NCBI GenBank assembly: GCA_963697975.1
Contig: OY969111.1
Span: 1,665,764-1,729,763, forward strand
DNA: 64,000 nucleotides
Source: an uncultured Acidobacteriota bacterium
GTDB lineage: Bacteria; Acidobacteriota; Blastocatellia; Pyrinomonadales; Pyrinomonadaceae
Direction of reading: 5' to 3'
The notes under the pieces were generated by a model. The model saw only the letters and a program-made list of their open reading frames with translations, was not told the origin of the DNA and ran no database searches. Below are positions 47,563 through 57,541 of the stretch, piece after piece. The position numbers were made by a program, and so were the translations under genes. Within the stretch, counting starts at the first letter, position 1. Every line of letters starts with the position of its first letter.

Positions 47563-49845
47563 TTAACCCCTGCGCCCCCGCCTGTTACGTCTCTGCGGGG
47601 GATAGCTTCGCTCCTTAACGTTACGATTCTGTTCTATTTTGTTTACCTCATCATCAAACTTTACGATTGCGCTATCGGGCGGGCGCGGCAGCGAAACGGC
47701 GATAAACGGCGACGTGAGCGCTTCCGTCACGAAATCACCGGCTTTAGGACTCTGTTCGTTGACACGTACTACGAGCATTGCGCCTTCACGGCGAATCTCG
47801 GCAATGGAGATGCCGTAGCCTCCCGTGCGCTTGAGTCCCTGATAAGCGATGACGACGGCGCGCGTATTGAAATTCACTTCGGGCATCGGTCCTGAACTGC
47901 CTCGATTGTTGAGTCGCCATGCAGCCTCCCAATCCGCCTGATTCATAATCAGTTGAACGGAGCGCGCTCCCTGATAGCTGCTGTTGTAGCCCGTCGCCAG
48001 CACGGAGAAATCAATGGCGCGCGGCGGCTCAATCGCGTGGGTTGAATTACTGTTTCCCCCGGCCTCGCCGAGCATCGCCAACCGAATGATTTTGACAGGC
48101 GGCATCCCGTAGCTGAGCAGGCGATTATGAAACTCGCCGATGTTGAAGGATGCGCCCATCAGTTGACGATATTCCTCGCGCAGTTTCAAGATTTGCATCT
48201 TGCCGAGCGTGTAGACAAGATAGGTCGGGTCAAGCGTGCCGCGCCGCGCCTCGCGCTCAGCGTTGACGCGCTCCTGATAGCCTTCGCGCATGAAGAAGTC
48301 CACGCCCTCTTCATAGGTCATGCCGTCTGTGTGCAGCCGCAAGCCCACCAGATAGCGGCACAGGCGCAAGAGCGCCATGCTCAACTGCGCGAGCCTCAAT
48401 TTCGGATTGTTGCCACCAAAACCTTCGTCCAGCATCATCTGCTCACAGTAGTGCGCCCAACCTTCGACGAAGCTGGCCGACGAGAGCGCAACACGCACGC
48501 GCGACGGCTGCCGTTTCAAAGCGAGATACTGGTAATAGTGCCCCGGATAAACTTCGTGAATAGAGATGACGGGCAGAGTATAGCGATTGTAGAAACTGAG
48601 GTGTTCTTCTTTTCTTCTCTCATCCCACTGAGAATCAGGCGGCGTCACATAGTAGTAAGCCTCGGTTGCGACTCGCTCAAACGCGCCCGGCGAATCCATC
48701 GAGGCGAAACTGACGGAGCGCGCGTATTCCGGCGTCTCCTCGACCGTCAGATTCTCTTTCCCCGAAGGCGCCAGGATATTGTTCGTGCGAACGAAAGCGC
48801 GTATGCGGTCAAGCTCGCTTCGCGTGTCGCCGACGAGTCCACTAGCCGACGGATGCTCGCGCCCCAGAGCGCGCAAGGCAGCCTGAATTCCTTTGCCCGG
48901 TGCGACCTCTTCGGCCAGCACGCGCATCTCCTCCTGCGTGCGGCGCAACTCTCTTTCACCCTCAATGATTAACTGCGCGATGGGCGTTTCGACCATCTCG
49001 TCGTAGAGCAGTTTGCGGCGATAGTTTTCCGCGCCGATGGCGAAGCTTCCCGTCGAGCGTGGTAATAAATCGCGCTCAAGCCACTCGCTGAAAGAGCGTA
49101 TGGCGACGATGACCCCATTGTTCACCGTCTCGAATTCAGCCTTCCGCGCCGCACTCATCCGGCCTCCGCCCGCGCGCTCGATCATCTGCGGAACGACCCG
49201 CGAGAAATACTCTATGCTTCCCCGCGCCTGTGCAATGGCCGTTTCGGTGTAGATGCGCGGCGGCGCATCCAGATTGGCGCGAGCTTCACCGAGCAGCCGC
49301 ACAATCTCGCGTTCGCGCGCCAGGACAGAGTTCAAGCGTTGCTCGATGGGCGCATAGTTGCGCTTGAGGATGTTGTCCACACCCTCGGAAATCAATTGAT
49401 TGTAAACGTTCGGGTCGCGCTCCCACGCGCGGATGTCCTGAAGGTCAAGAAGCTGCCCGCGCGCGTGCGACATCAGGACAAGGTAGTCGTAGCGTGTTTC
49501 TTCCGGAAGCACTATGGGGTTAATGCGCGTCAGCAAACCTATGGTATCGCGCAGGCGACGAACTTCGCGCGCCACCGCTTCACGGCTGCGCGTTTCAAGT
49601 TGAGAGTCATACTCATGCAGTCCCGCAGAGGTCGCCGCCGATGGATTGAAACTGTAATAACCCTTCAGATATTCGTCCGCGATCTGGTTAAAGCGCGCGG
49701 CAACGGAACTCGCGCTTGAGCTGGCTGGCGGAGAGTTGCGGCGAAGGGGACGACGCCTCTGCGCTGTGGCGACTTCTGTTGAAGGCAGAAGCGTGCTCAC
49801 CAGAACCAGAAGGATGAGCAGCAGGACGGAAATTTTCCTTTTCAT
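47563..49845 (-). CDS. DUF885-family protein fused to C-terminal PrcB_C-like domain
   Basis: HEVYPGHYYQY DUF885 hallmark. About 150 aa C-terminal extension resembling protease-complex subunit PrcB (TGGYGISIAEIRREG ... LTSPF). Confidence 0.6.
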   Translation of the reverse strand: MKRKISVLLLILLVLVSTLLPSTEVATAQRRRPLRRNSPPASSSASSVAARFNQIADEYLKGYYSFNPSAATSAGLHEYDSQLETRSREAVAREVRRLRDTIGLLTRINPIVLPEETRYDYLVLMSHARGQLLDLQDIRAWERDPNVYNQLISEGVDNILKRNYAPIEQRLNSVLAREREIVRLLGEARANLDAPPRIYTETAIAQARGSIEYFSRVVPQMIERAGGGRMSAARKAEFETVNNGVIVAIRSFSEWLERDLLPRSTGSFAIGAENYRRKLLYDEMVETPIAQLIIEGERELRRTQEEMRVLAEEVAPGKGIQAALRALGREHPSASGLVGDTRSELDRIRAFVRTNNILAPSGKENLTVEETPEYARSVSFASMDSPGAFERVATEAYYYVTPPDSQWDERRKEEHLSFYNRYTLPVISIHEVYPGHYYQYLALKRQPSRVRVALSSASFVEGWAHYCEQMMLDEGFGGNNPKLRLAQLSMALLRLCRYLVGLRLHTDGMTYEEGVDFFMREGYQERVNAEREARRGTLDPTYLVYTLGKMQILKLREEYRQLMGASFNIGEFHNRLLSYGMPPVKIIRLAMLGEAGGNSNSTHAIEPPRAIDFSVLATGYNSSYQGARSVQLIMNQADWEAAWRLNNRGSSGPMPEVNFNTRAVVIAYQGLKRTGGYGISIAEIRREGAMLVVRVNEQSPKAGDFVTEALTSPFIAVSLPRPPDSAIVKFDDEVNKIEQNRNVKERSYPPQRRNRRGRRG

Positions 49846-49946
49846 CTATTCAGAAAATCTATTCAGCGATGGACAATCAGAATTATGGCGCAGGGGGAGC
49901 TAACCGAGGAGAGATTAACAGAAGATGAGGTGGGAGGCCACGTGCG

Positions 49947-50600
49947 CTACTTTTTCTTTGGAATCTTTTGCGGATCAATCCGCTCGTTGAGCCATTCGGT
50001 CGCATCGTCAACCGCCGAGACGTGGACGCTTTCGCCTTTCCAAACGCGAATCATGGCGATGATGAAGAGAACGGTGGAGATGGCCCAGAAGATTTTTCCG
50101 CCGGTGTTGTTGCCGGTGATGCCTTCGATGATGTTGAAGATGAGCTTGATGACAACGGCAGCCAACTGCAAGGCCAGCCCCTGCGCCGCATGAAAACGTG
50201 CGCGCGGCTCGCTGCGCGGCGTCAGGAATAATTCGAGAACTCCCGCCACTGCGCCGATGAAGAAAGGAGCGTAGGGCAGCGCCAGTGTAATGTTCTCAGG
50301 CAAACCCAAGCCCGGCACAGCGCGCTTGGATGAGGGCGCGGCTGGCGAAGCTGAAGACATCACCGCAGGCATTTCGGCAGGCTTCGGCGGATAGCTCGGC
50401 GGAACGTTAATGGACGGATAAGAAACGGGGATTGAAGAATCGTAACGCTTCGTCGGGGCTTCGGCAGGCCAAGGCTCTTCCGCTTTTGGTAGAGGCTCGA
50501 CCGGGCGCGGTTCTCCCCACGAATCGTCAGCCCGACGCGCGTAATCATCATCAAGCGGATTAGTGTCGTACTTTGTCTTCTTTTTCTCCGTCATCACCAT
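49947..50600 (-). CDS. Pro-rich membrane protein (DUF4870-like C-terminus)
   Basis: N-terminal Pro-rich region. C-terminal TM helices. Confidence 0.4.
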   Translation of the reverse strand: MVMTEKKKTKYDTNPLDDDYARRADDSWGEPRPVEPLPKAEEPWPAEAPTKRYDSSIPVSYPSINVPPSYPPKPAEMPAVMSSASPAAPSSKRAVPGLGLPENITLALPYAPFFIGAVAGVLELFLTPRSEPRARFHAAQGLALQLAAVVIKLIFNIIEGITGNNTGGKIFWAISTVLFIIAMIRVWKGESVHVSAVDDATEWLNERIDPQKIPKKK

Positions 50601-50636
50601 AGATTGATTAACGAAATCAGTGCCCCGGCGGTTCAG

Positions 50637-51056
50637 TCATTCTCCATCATCCGCGAGTCGGTATTCCACTTGTTCCCAGGAGGCGTCGCGCTCCGAGATG
50701 CGAAACGCGCGCAACGTTTCAGTGTTCGAGCCTAAGCCAATAATAAAGTAAATCGCTGACGGATAGTAGGCGAGGCGCACATCCGTTTCCGACGGGACAG
50801 GCTTAGGGGATCGCGGGTGCGAATGATAAATGCCGAAAAGCTCTTCGCCGCGCTCGCGCATCAGGCGCTGCGCGGCGAATAATTCTTCCGGCGCAGCCTC
50901 GTAGCCAACCAGCGGGTCACGCGCGACGTTGCGGAGACGATAAACTGTTCGCGCCCGCTTGCCGCTGCCGCCGATGAGTCCACAACACTCAGATGGACTC
51001 GCCGCGCGCGCGTGCGCGAACATTTCATCCAGATGCTCGCGCAGCAAAGTAATCAT
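50637..51056 (-). CDS. JAMM/MPN+ (Mov34) metalloprotease-like protein
   Basis: JAMM motif E...HSHPRSPKPVPSETD. Confidence 0.75.
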   Translation of the reverse strand: MITLLREHLDEMFAHARAASPSECCGLIGGSGKRARTVYRLRNVARDPLVGYEAAPEELFAAQRLMRERGEELFGIYHSHPRSPKPVPSETDVRLAYYPSAIYFIIGLGSNTETLRAFRISERDASWEQVEYRLADDGE

Positions 51057-51142
51057 GCTCTAGCCCAACGAATAGTTAAAACCACGAAGGCACGAAGACA
51101 CAAAAGGATTTTTATTGAATTGTATCTTCCTTGCCTTTGTGG

Positions 51143-52333
51143 CTAATCTCCTGCTTCGGCAGCGTCGGCGCGCGGCTTCCCGGCGGCAGCTTCTTTAATG
51201 AGGCTTCGGCCAATGACGAGACGCTGTATCTGGTTCGTGCCTTCATAAATCTGCGTAATCTTGGCGTCGCGCATGTATTTCTCAATCGGGTAGTCCTTGC
51301 AATAGCCGTAGCCGCCGAAAAGCTGCACGGCGTCGGTCGTGACACTCATTGCCACGTCCGTCGCAAAGACTTTGCCCATCGCCGCGATCTTCGAGACGTT
51401 CTTTGCGCCCGCATCAATCGCCCGCGCCGACGCATAGATTAACTGCCGGGCAGCTTCAATCTTCGTCGCCATGTCCGCGAGCATCCATTGAATGCCCTGA
51501 AAGGATGCGACCGACTGGCCAAACTGCTGGCGCTTCATCGTGTAGTCAATCGCCAGATCGAGCGCGCCCTGCGCTAGTCCCAAAGCCTGCGCCGCCACGC
51601 CGGGACGCGCCAGGTCAAGCGTCATCATCGCGTGCTTGAAGCCGTAGCCTTCTTTTCCGCCGAGCAGATTTTCCTGCGGGACAAAACAATCTTTGAAGTG
51701 AAGCTCATGCACGGGCACACAGCGAATGCCCATCAAATCTTCCTTCTTGCCGATTTCAAAACCCGGAGTTCCCTTTTCGACCAACAAGGCAGAGACGCCG
51801 CGCCCGCCCCTTTCGGGATTGGTCGAGCAGAAGATGGAATAAAGCTGTGCCGCGTTTCCGTTCGTGTTCCATTTCTTATCGCCGTTGATAACGTAAAAGT
51901 CGTCGCGCTTCTCTGCACGAGCCGTCAAACTTCCGGCGTCCGACCCTGAAGCTTTCTCCGACAGTCCGAAGGCCATCAAGGTCTTTCCCTGCGCCACGTC
52001 CGGCAGATACTTCTGCTTCTGCTCTTCTGTTCCGCCGACGATAATCGGAAACGATGCGAGCGCATTCACTGCATAAGTGACGCCAACGCCGCCGCAAGCC
52101 TTCGACAACTCCTCGACGACGATGCACAGATTCATCACGCCGCCGCCGCGCCCGCCATATTCTTTGGGAATCCACACACCCATCAGCCCCGCGTCCTGCA
52201 ACGCGCGCACGACCGACCAGGGATACTCCGCCGTCCGGTCAAGTTCAGCCGCCACCGGGCGCACATACTTATCCGCAATCTCGCGCGCCATCTCACGATA
52301 TTCGAGATTCTCTTTCGTCAGTAATTCGTCCAC
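51143..52333 (-). CDS. acyl-CoA dehydrogenase
   Basis: ACAD family pattern over the full length (396 aa). Confidence 0.85.
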   Translation of the reverse strand: MDELLTKENLEYREMAREIADKYVRPVAAELDRTAEYPWSVVRALQDAGLMGVWIPKEYGGRGGGVMNLCIVVEELSKACGGVGVTYAVNALASFPIIVGGTEEQKQKYLPDVAQGKTLMAFGLSEKASGSDAGSLTARAEKRDDFYVINGDKKWNTNGNAAQLYSIFCSTNPERGGRGVSALLVEKGTPGFEIGKKEDLMGIRCVPVHELHFKDCFVPQENLLGGKEGYGFKHAMMTLDLARPGVAAQALGLAQGALDLAIDYTMKRQQFGQSVASFQGIQWMLADMATKIEAARQLIYASARAIDAGAKNVSKIAAMGKVFATDVAMSVTTDAVQLFGGYGYCKDYPIEKYMRDAKITQIYEGTNQIQRLVIGRSLIKEAAAGKPRADAAEAGD

Positions 52334-52370
52334 GTTTTATTGTCTCCTCCAATATTTTAAGAGCATGTCT

Positions 52371-52682
52371 TCATGCGTGCCCGTTGCGACCTTCAGTAAT
52401 GATGCGCTCTACCAGACCAGCCAGCTTATTCAGGCGCTCATCAGTTTGCATGAGGTGTTCGTTAGTTCGCGCGAGGTTCTCGTTCGTGCGTTCCACTGCC
52501 GCCGTCAGTCCTTGAATCGCGTTACCGACGATCTGGATGAATTCAGTTTGTGTCTCTGCATAAGCCTGTAACTGCCTGCTCATTTCTGCGACATTCTGGT
52601 TTGTCTGCTCCAGACGGGTTTCAAAGCTAGCCTGGCTTTGTAACAGGAATTCAATTGCGCGCTCCATTTCTTCGCCTGTCAT
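52371..52682 (-). CDS. small coiled-coil hypothetical protein
   Basis: 103 aa helical ORF between the acyl-CoA dehydrogenase and aspS genes on the same strand. Confidence 0.35.
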   Translation of the reverse strand: MTGEEMERAIEFLLQSQASFETRLEQTNQNVAEMSRQLQAYAETQTEFIQIVGNAIQGLTAAVERTNENLARTNEHLMQTDERLNKLAGLVERIITEGRNGHA

Positions 52683-52714
52683 TTGCGTCCCCCTTCCAGC
52701 TTCTAATCCTTCTG

Positions 52715-54523
52715 CTAATCTTTCACGACCTTGAGCTTCAATTCTTCCAACTGCGCCGGATCAACTTCTCCGGGAGCGTCAATCATCAGGTCGGCAGCCG
52801 AAGCCGTTTTCGGGAAAGCCATCAGGTCGCGGATGTTCTCAATCCCGGTCAGAGCCATCAAGAGACGTTCGATGCCGGAGGCGATGCCGCCGTGCGGCGG
52901 CGTGCCGTATTCGAGCGCGTCGAGGAAGAAGCCGAAACGCTCGCGCGCTTTTTCCGGCGTCAGGCCCAGAGCCTTGAAGATTAGCGCCTGAACGTCGCTC
53001 TGGTGAATACGGATGGAGCCGCCCGCAGCTTCCACGCCGTTGACCACCGTGTCGTAAGCCTTCGCGCGCAATTTCCCCAGCAACTCTGTTTCGCCGCCTT
53101 CAACCGCGCGTCTCAGCAGCGGTAAGTCTTCATCGAGCGGCGAGGTGAACGGATGATGCATCGCGTAGTAGCGCCCGTCCGCCTCGTTAAACTCGAACAT
53201 CGGAAACTCCGTCACCCACAGCGGCGCGTAAACATTTTCCGGGATCAGCTTCTCGCGGCGCGCAACTTCGTTTCTGAGAGCGCCGAGACTCGCCGCCACC
53301 GTTTTCGATTTGCCTGCGACGATCAGCACGGCATCATTCTTCTTTGCCCCGGCTGCGCTTCCCATCCGTTCAATCGTCTCCTGTCCCAACACCTTTAAGA
53401 GCGACGAAGAGAGTTCATCGCCGAGTTTTATCCAGGCCAGCGCAGTCGCACCGTAACGCTTCACGAACTCCTGCAACTCGTCCAGAGTTTTCCGTGAAAG
53501 GGTCGCGCCATTCGCGACGACGATTCCCTTAATCTCTCCACCGCCCTCCAGCGTTGCAGCGAAAGGAGCAAACGTCGTTCCTTCTAACGCGCCGGACAAA
53601 TCGCGCAACTCCATCCCGAACCGCAGGTCAGGCTTGTCCGAACCGTAACGCTTCATCGCGTCCGCGTAAGACAGCCGCTGAAACGGCACGGGCAAATCAA
53701 CGCCAACCAACTTGAAGACGCGCGCGAACAATCCTTCGACGAGCCTGTACACCTGTTCGGTCGTGGCAAAGCTCATCTCAACGTCGAGCTGCGTGAACTC
53801 CGGTTGTCGGTCCGCTCGCAAATCCTCGTCGCGGAAGCAGCGCGCGATCTGGTAATACTTATCCAACCCGGCAATCATGCAAAGCTGCTTGAAGAGTTGC
53901 GGCGATTGCGGCAGCGCGAAGAACTTGCCCGGCTGAATGCGCGAGGGCACAACGTAGTCACGCGCGCCTTCGGGCGTGGATTTAATCAAGATGGGCGTCT
54001 CGATTTCCGTAAAGCTCTTCTCGTCCATGTAGCGGCGAATCTCCGCGACTACACGATGACGCAATCGCAAATTCGCTTGAAGCTGCGGGCGACGAAGATC
54101 AAGGTAACGATACTTCAAACGCAGGTCTTCGCTCGCCAGTTGATCGGAAGAAGTCGGCTCAATCTGGAAGGGCGTCGTGCGTGCGTCATTAAGCACGAGA
54201 ATCTCACGCGCGCTCACCTCCACATCGCCCGTCGTGATTTTCGGGTTGCGCTGGTTCTCCGCACGCAGCACGACTTCGCCCGTGACGGCAATCACGTATT
54301 CGCCGCGCACATCCTTTGCTTTAGCGTGTGCCTCGCGCGCACTCTCTTCGTTGAAGACGACCTGCGTGATGCCATCGCGGTCGCGCAAATCAACAAACGT
54401 CAAAGGGCCAAAGTCGCGCCGACGCGCCACCCAGCCCATCAGGGTGACAATCTTTCCGACATCTTCCACGCGCAAAGCGCCGCATGAATGTGTGCGTTCT
54501 GTGTTTCCTAAATTATCTAACAT
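52715..54523 (-). CDS. aspS: aspartate--tRNA ligase
   Basis: Class II motifs, OB-fold N-terminus, GGGSIRIH-like motif 3 (AGGSIRIHQ). Confidence 0.9.
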   Translation of the reverse strand: MLDNLGNTERTHSCGALRVEDVGKIVTLMGWVARRRDFGPLTFVDLRDRDGITQVVFNEESAREAHAKAKDVRGEYVIAVTGEVVLRAENQRNPKITTGDVEVSAREILVLNDARTTPFQIEPTSSDQLASEDLRLKYRYLDLRRPQLQANLRLRHRVVAEIRRYMDEKSFTEIETPILIKSTPEGARDYVVPSRIQPGKFFALPQSPQLFKQLCMIAGLDKYYQIARCFRDEDLRADRQPEFTQLDVEMSFATTEQVYRLVEGLFARVFKLVGVDLPVPFQRLSYADAMKRYGSDKPDLRFGMELRDLSGALEGTTFAPFAATLEGGGEIKGIVVANGATLSRKTLDELQEFVKRYGATALAWIKLGDELSSSLLKVLGQETIERMGSAAGAKKNDAVLIVAGKSKTVAASLGALRNEVARREKLIPENVYAPLWVTEFPMFEFNEADGRYYAMHHPFTSPLDEDLPLLRRAVEGGETELLGKLRAKAYDTVVNGVEAAGGSIRIHQSDVQALIFKALGLTPEKARERFGFFLDALEYGTPPHGGIASGIERLLMALTGIENIRDLMAFPKTASAADLMIDAPGEVDPAQLEELKLKVVKD

Positions 54524-54587
54524 AAATCCGAAGCTTCCATCTTAAACTTAAATTTTCAGAGTTGAACTCAAACTCGACAAGAAGTTA

Positions 54588-54682
54588 GACAGGATTAACA
54601 GGATTAGCAAGATTAAGAAAACCAGATAACTCAAGAAGGTCGAGTGCTTTTAATTTTATCCTGTCAATCTTGTAAATCCTGT
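54588..54682. repeat. heptamer-stem hairpin (CAGGATT class)
   Basis: AGACAGGATTAACAGGATTAGCAAGATTAAGAAAA ... TTTTAATTTTATCCTGTCAATCTTGTAAATCCTGTC. Confidence 0.75.
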
Positions 54683-55297
54683 CTATTTCTTCTCAGTATC
54701 GGAGATAAATTTTTGCGGCGCGTCGAAGCGATTCTGTTCCGAAGCGCCTTCAGTCGCCTTCTCTTTCAGGTAAGCATTGAACTCACTGGAGCGATTGCGC
54801 GGAATGCTCAGACTCTGCCAGCCGGTTGATTTGAAATGCTTCGCCAGAAAAACGATCTGCCCGATGTGATAACCGTAGTGCGTCATCTGCCGGTTGATGG
54901 CTTTAACGACCGTGTGCGCCTCGCCGCGAATCAGAACCGTCTTCATCAAATCTTCAGGCTGCAAGGATTCGATTGCATTGAACACGCAGGCCCAGCCCTT
55001 CTCCCACTGCGCGAGCATTTCATCTCTGGTCGTTTCGGGCGTGATGACGAACTCCATGTCACGATTACGGTCAGGTTTCTCCCCGTCGGTCGTCAAAAAG
55101 TCCGTCCAGCGCGAGAGCATGTTTCCGACCATATGCTTGATGATGACGGCAATGCTGTTAGCTTCTTCGTCTATGGCGCGAAAGAATTCCTCATCGGTGA
55201 CTTGCCCGAACGCACCTTCGGCCAGCTTCTTGTAGCCGCGAAAATTCAAAACGGCGTCTTCGAGATAATGTTTGGCAAGCGAATTTTCCATAATCAA
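54683..55297 (-). CDS. DinB/DUF1572-family protein
   Basis: Four-helix DinB-like pattern. Moderate recall. Stop lies in the hairpin arm. Confidence 0.5.
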   Translation of the reverse strand: MIMENSLAKHYLEDAVLNFRGYKKLAEGAFGQVTDEEFFRAIDEEANSIAVIIKHMVGNMLSRWTDFLTTDGEKPDRNRDMEFVITPETTRDEMLAQWEKGWACVFNAIESLQPEDLMKTVLIRGEAHTVVKAINRQMTHYGYHIGQIVFLAKHFKSTGWQSLSIPRNRSSEFNAYLKEKATEGASEQNRFDAPQKFISDTEKK

Positions 55298-55326
55298 CCT
55301 TGTAGGGACAGGGCCTGTCCCTGCAT

Positions 55327-56745
55327 CTACAGTTTTAATGCCTCTCGAATGGTCGCGGCAACGCGGTCGCTGGAGAGCGTCTGTTGGTCTCCCGTGTTCA
55401 GATTCTTGAGCGCGACTTCACGACGCGCACGCTCCTCTTCGCCGACGACCGCCACGAACGGGATGCCGCGCGACGAAGCATACTTGAATTGCTTTCCAAT
55501 CTTGTCCGCTTCCGGGTACAAATCAACGCGTAGCCCAGCAGTGCGTAGTTCCATCGCCAGCGCGAGTGAATCGTTGATTGATTCCTCGTTCCAGATCGTT
55601 ACCATCACATCAGCCGGAGCATTAACAAGCTCTGGCGGGAACATCTCGCGCTCTGTCATCACGACGATGATGCGCTCCAATCCGAGAGAGAAGCCGCACG
55701 CCGGAACGCCCTGTCCCGAAAATATCCCGACCAGATTATCGTAACGCCCGCCGCCGCCGAGACTCCCCATGAGACCGGGCACGTTGACTTCCATAATTGC
55801 GCCCGTGTAGTACGAAAGCCCACGCGCAAGCGACGGGTCAACTTCAACTTTTCCTTTTGCTTGGGTTTTATTTACAAGCTCAAGTATTGTTTTTAACTCA
55901 TGAAGTCCTTTCTGCCCATCGCCATGTCCATTTATAAATTCGCTGATTTTCCTTAATGACCCTTCATTCACTTCAGTTCTTTCTTTTTCATTAAAGTCAC
56001 CGCGTACTTGAATCTCTACGTTCTCAAAACCTTTCATGACGGAAACAAACATTACATCTAAAAGAAACTCGGCGACTTTCTTCTGTTCCTCAGTCAAGAA
56101 AATTCTTCGTTCTTCAAACTCTCGAATAACCCCCTCGCGCCCAATTTTATCTAGCTTGTCTAAAGCTACAAGTGCGTCGCCGTGCTTGTCTGATGGAATG
56201 CCAGCCGCATCCAAGATGCCGTCTAAGACTTGGCGGTGATTCAATCGAATCGTGAAATCATTAAAACCTAACTTGATTAAAACATCGCTAACGGCAGCGC
56301 ATAACTCCGCTTCGACAATCATGGAGCGCGAGCCGAGCGCGTCAACGTCGCACTGGTAAAATTCCCTGAACCTCCCGCGCGCCGGACGATCAGCGCGCCA
56401 GACGGGTTGAATCTGGTAACGCTTGAAGAATTTCGGGAGCTTGTCTTTGTACTCCGCGACGACGCGCGCCAGCGGCACGGTTAAATCGTAGCGCAAGGCG
56501 AGGTCTGCAACGCCGGTCTTCTCATGCTCGCCCCGCTTCAGGATTTTGAAGATGAGTTGATTGCCCTCTTCGCCATACTTCCCCATCAGCGTTTCGATAT
56601 TCTCGACCGCCGGAGTCTCCAGTGGCTCGAAGCCGTAGCGCTCGTACACTTCCTTGATGATGCCGATGACGTATTCGCGCCGCCTGACATCTGCTGGAAG
56701 AAAATCGCGCATCCCGCGCGCCGGTTGTGTCTTGCCCGTTGCCAT
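55327..56745 (-). CDS. hisS: histidine--tRNA ligase
   Basis: Class II aaRS motifs. HisRS anticodon-binding C-terminus. Contains a markedly AT-rich internal segment. Confidence 0.9.
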   Translation of the reverse strand: MATGKTQPARGMRDFLPADVRRREYVIGIIKEVYERYGFEPLETPAVENIETLMGKYGEEGNQLIFKILKRGEHEKTGVADLALRYDLTVPLARVVAEYKDKLPKFFKRYQIQPVWRADRPARGRFREFYQCDVDALGSRSMIVEAELCAAVSDVLIKLGFNDFTIRLNHRQVLDGILDAAGIPSDKHGDALVALDKLDKIGREGVIREFEERRIFLTEEQKKVAEFLLDVMFVSVMKGFENVEIQVRGDFNEKERTEVNEGSLRKISEFINGHGDGQKGLHELKTILELVNKTQAKGKVEVDPSLARGLSYYTGAIMEVNVPGLMGSLGGGGRYDNLVGIFSGQGVPACGFSLGLERIIVVMTEREMFPPELVNAPADVMVTIWNEESINDSLALAMELRTAGLRVDLYPEADKIGKQFKYASSRGIPFVAVVGEEERARREVALKNLNTGDQQTLSSDRVAATIREALKL

Positions 56746-57488
56746 TACTTAAAGACGGAGAAGCCCGCGTAAAAGATAAACTGATTCAAGCCGCGATTCG
56801 ACCCTGAACGGTCGCCGTTCGAGATGTGATGAAAGCGCACGCCGAAGTTGACGGCGCGTCTCTCCGAAGTAAAAACACGCAAGCCCCCTCCGGCCTCGCC
56901 AACCAGAGCCAGCCCACCAGAATCGGGCAAGGGCATCGATTCACTGAAACCCAACAGGCCGCCGTTGACGTGAATGAACGGCTTAATGTGCGAGTTGTTC
57001 CTAAAGTCGAGTTGCAGGCCCAGCGGTGTGACGCCGACGCCGTAGGTCGTCCCGCGTCTGAAAGTCGTGACCGTTCCCGCAGGCGTGGTCGTGACCGTCG
57101 TTTGCTCTATGTTCCCCGTCGCAACGGCCAGCGGAATCATATCGAGCGTGTACTGCAAAGCCACGCTCCGGTTCGCCGCCAGCGTTCGCCCGTAACGAAA
57201 TGCGGCAATGACGAACCGGCGATCACTCGCTTCGGCGTCTGTTAATCCGCCAAAGATGGTCGTCGCCGTAAATGCGCCGCCGCCCCAGAAACCGAACTCA
57301 TTGTCGCCCTTCTTCAATCTGTATGGCGAATCGTTTTGAGGAGCGCTCCGGCTCGCTGACGAGCTTGTCTCAGACGCAGAGCTATCAAGAGCGGCGCTAT
57401 TCTTCGCCACCTCCTGCGCGCTGATGGAAACTGCACCGACCACAATCATGAGCAAACTGATGAGTGTAATCCTGAGAGGGATCTGCAT
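56745..57488 (-). CDS. lipid A 3-O-deacylase PagL-like outer-membrane protein
   Basis: Signal peptide. C-terminal HISNG ... NQFIFYAGFSVFK signature. AAGGAG RBS. Confidence 0.65.
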   Translation of the reverse strand: MQIPLRITLISLLMIVVGAVSISAQEVAKNSAALDSSASETSSSASRSAPQNDSPYRLKKGDNEFGFWGGGAFTATTIFGGLTDAEASDRRFVIAAFRYGRTLAANRSVALQYTLDMIPLAVATGNIEQTTVTTTPAGTVTTFRRGTTYGVGVTPLGLQLDFRNNSHIKPFIHVNGGLLGFSESMPLPDSGGLALVGEAGGGLRVFTSERRAVNFGVRFHHISNGDRSGSNRGLNQFIFYAGFSVFK

Positions 57489-57541
57489 TCTCTTTCGGTC
57501 TCCTTCAATCGTTGTTTTAGAAAACTTGTTTTCGCGGCGGC

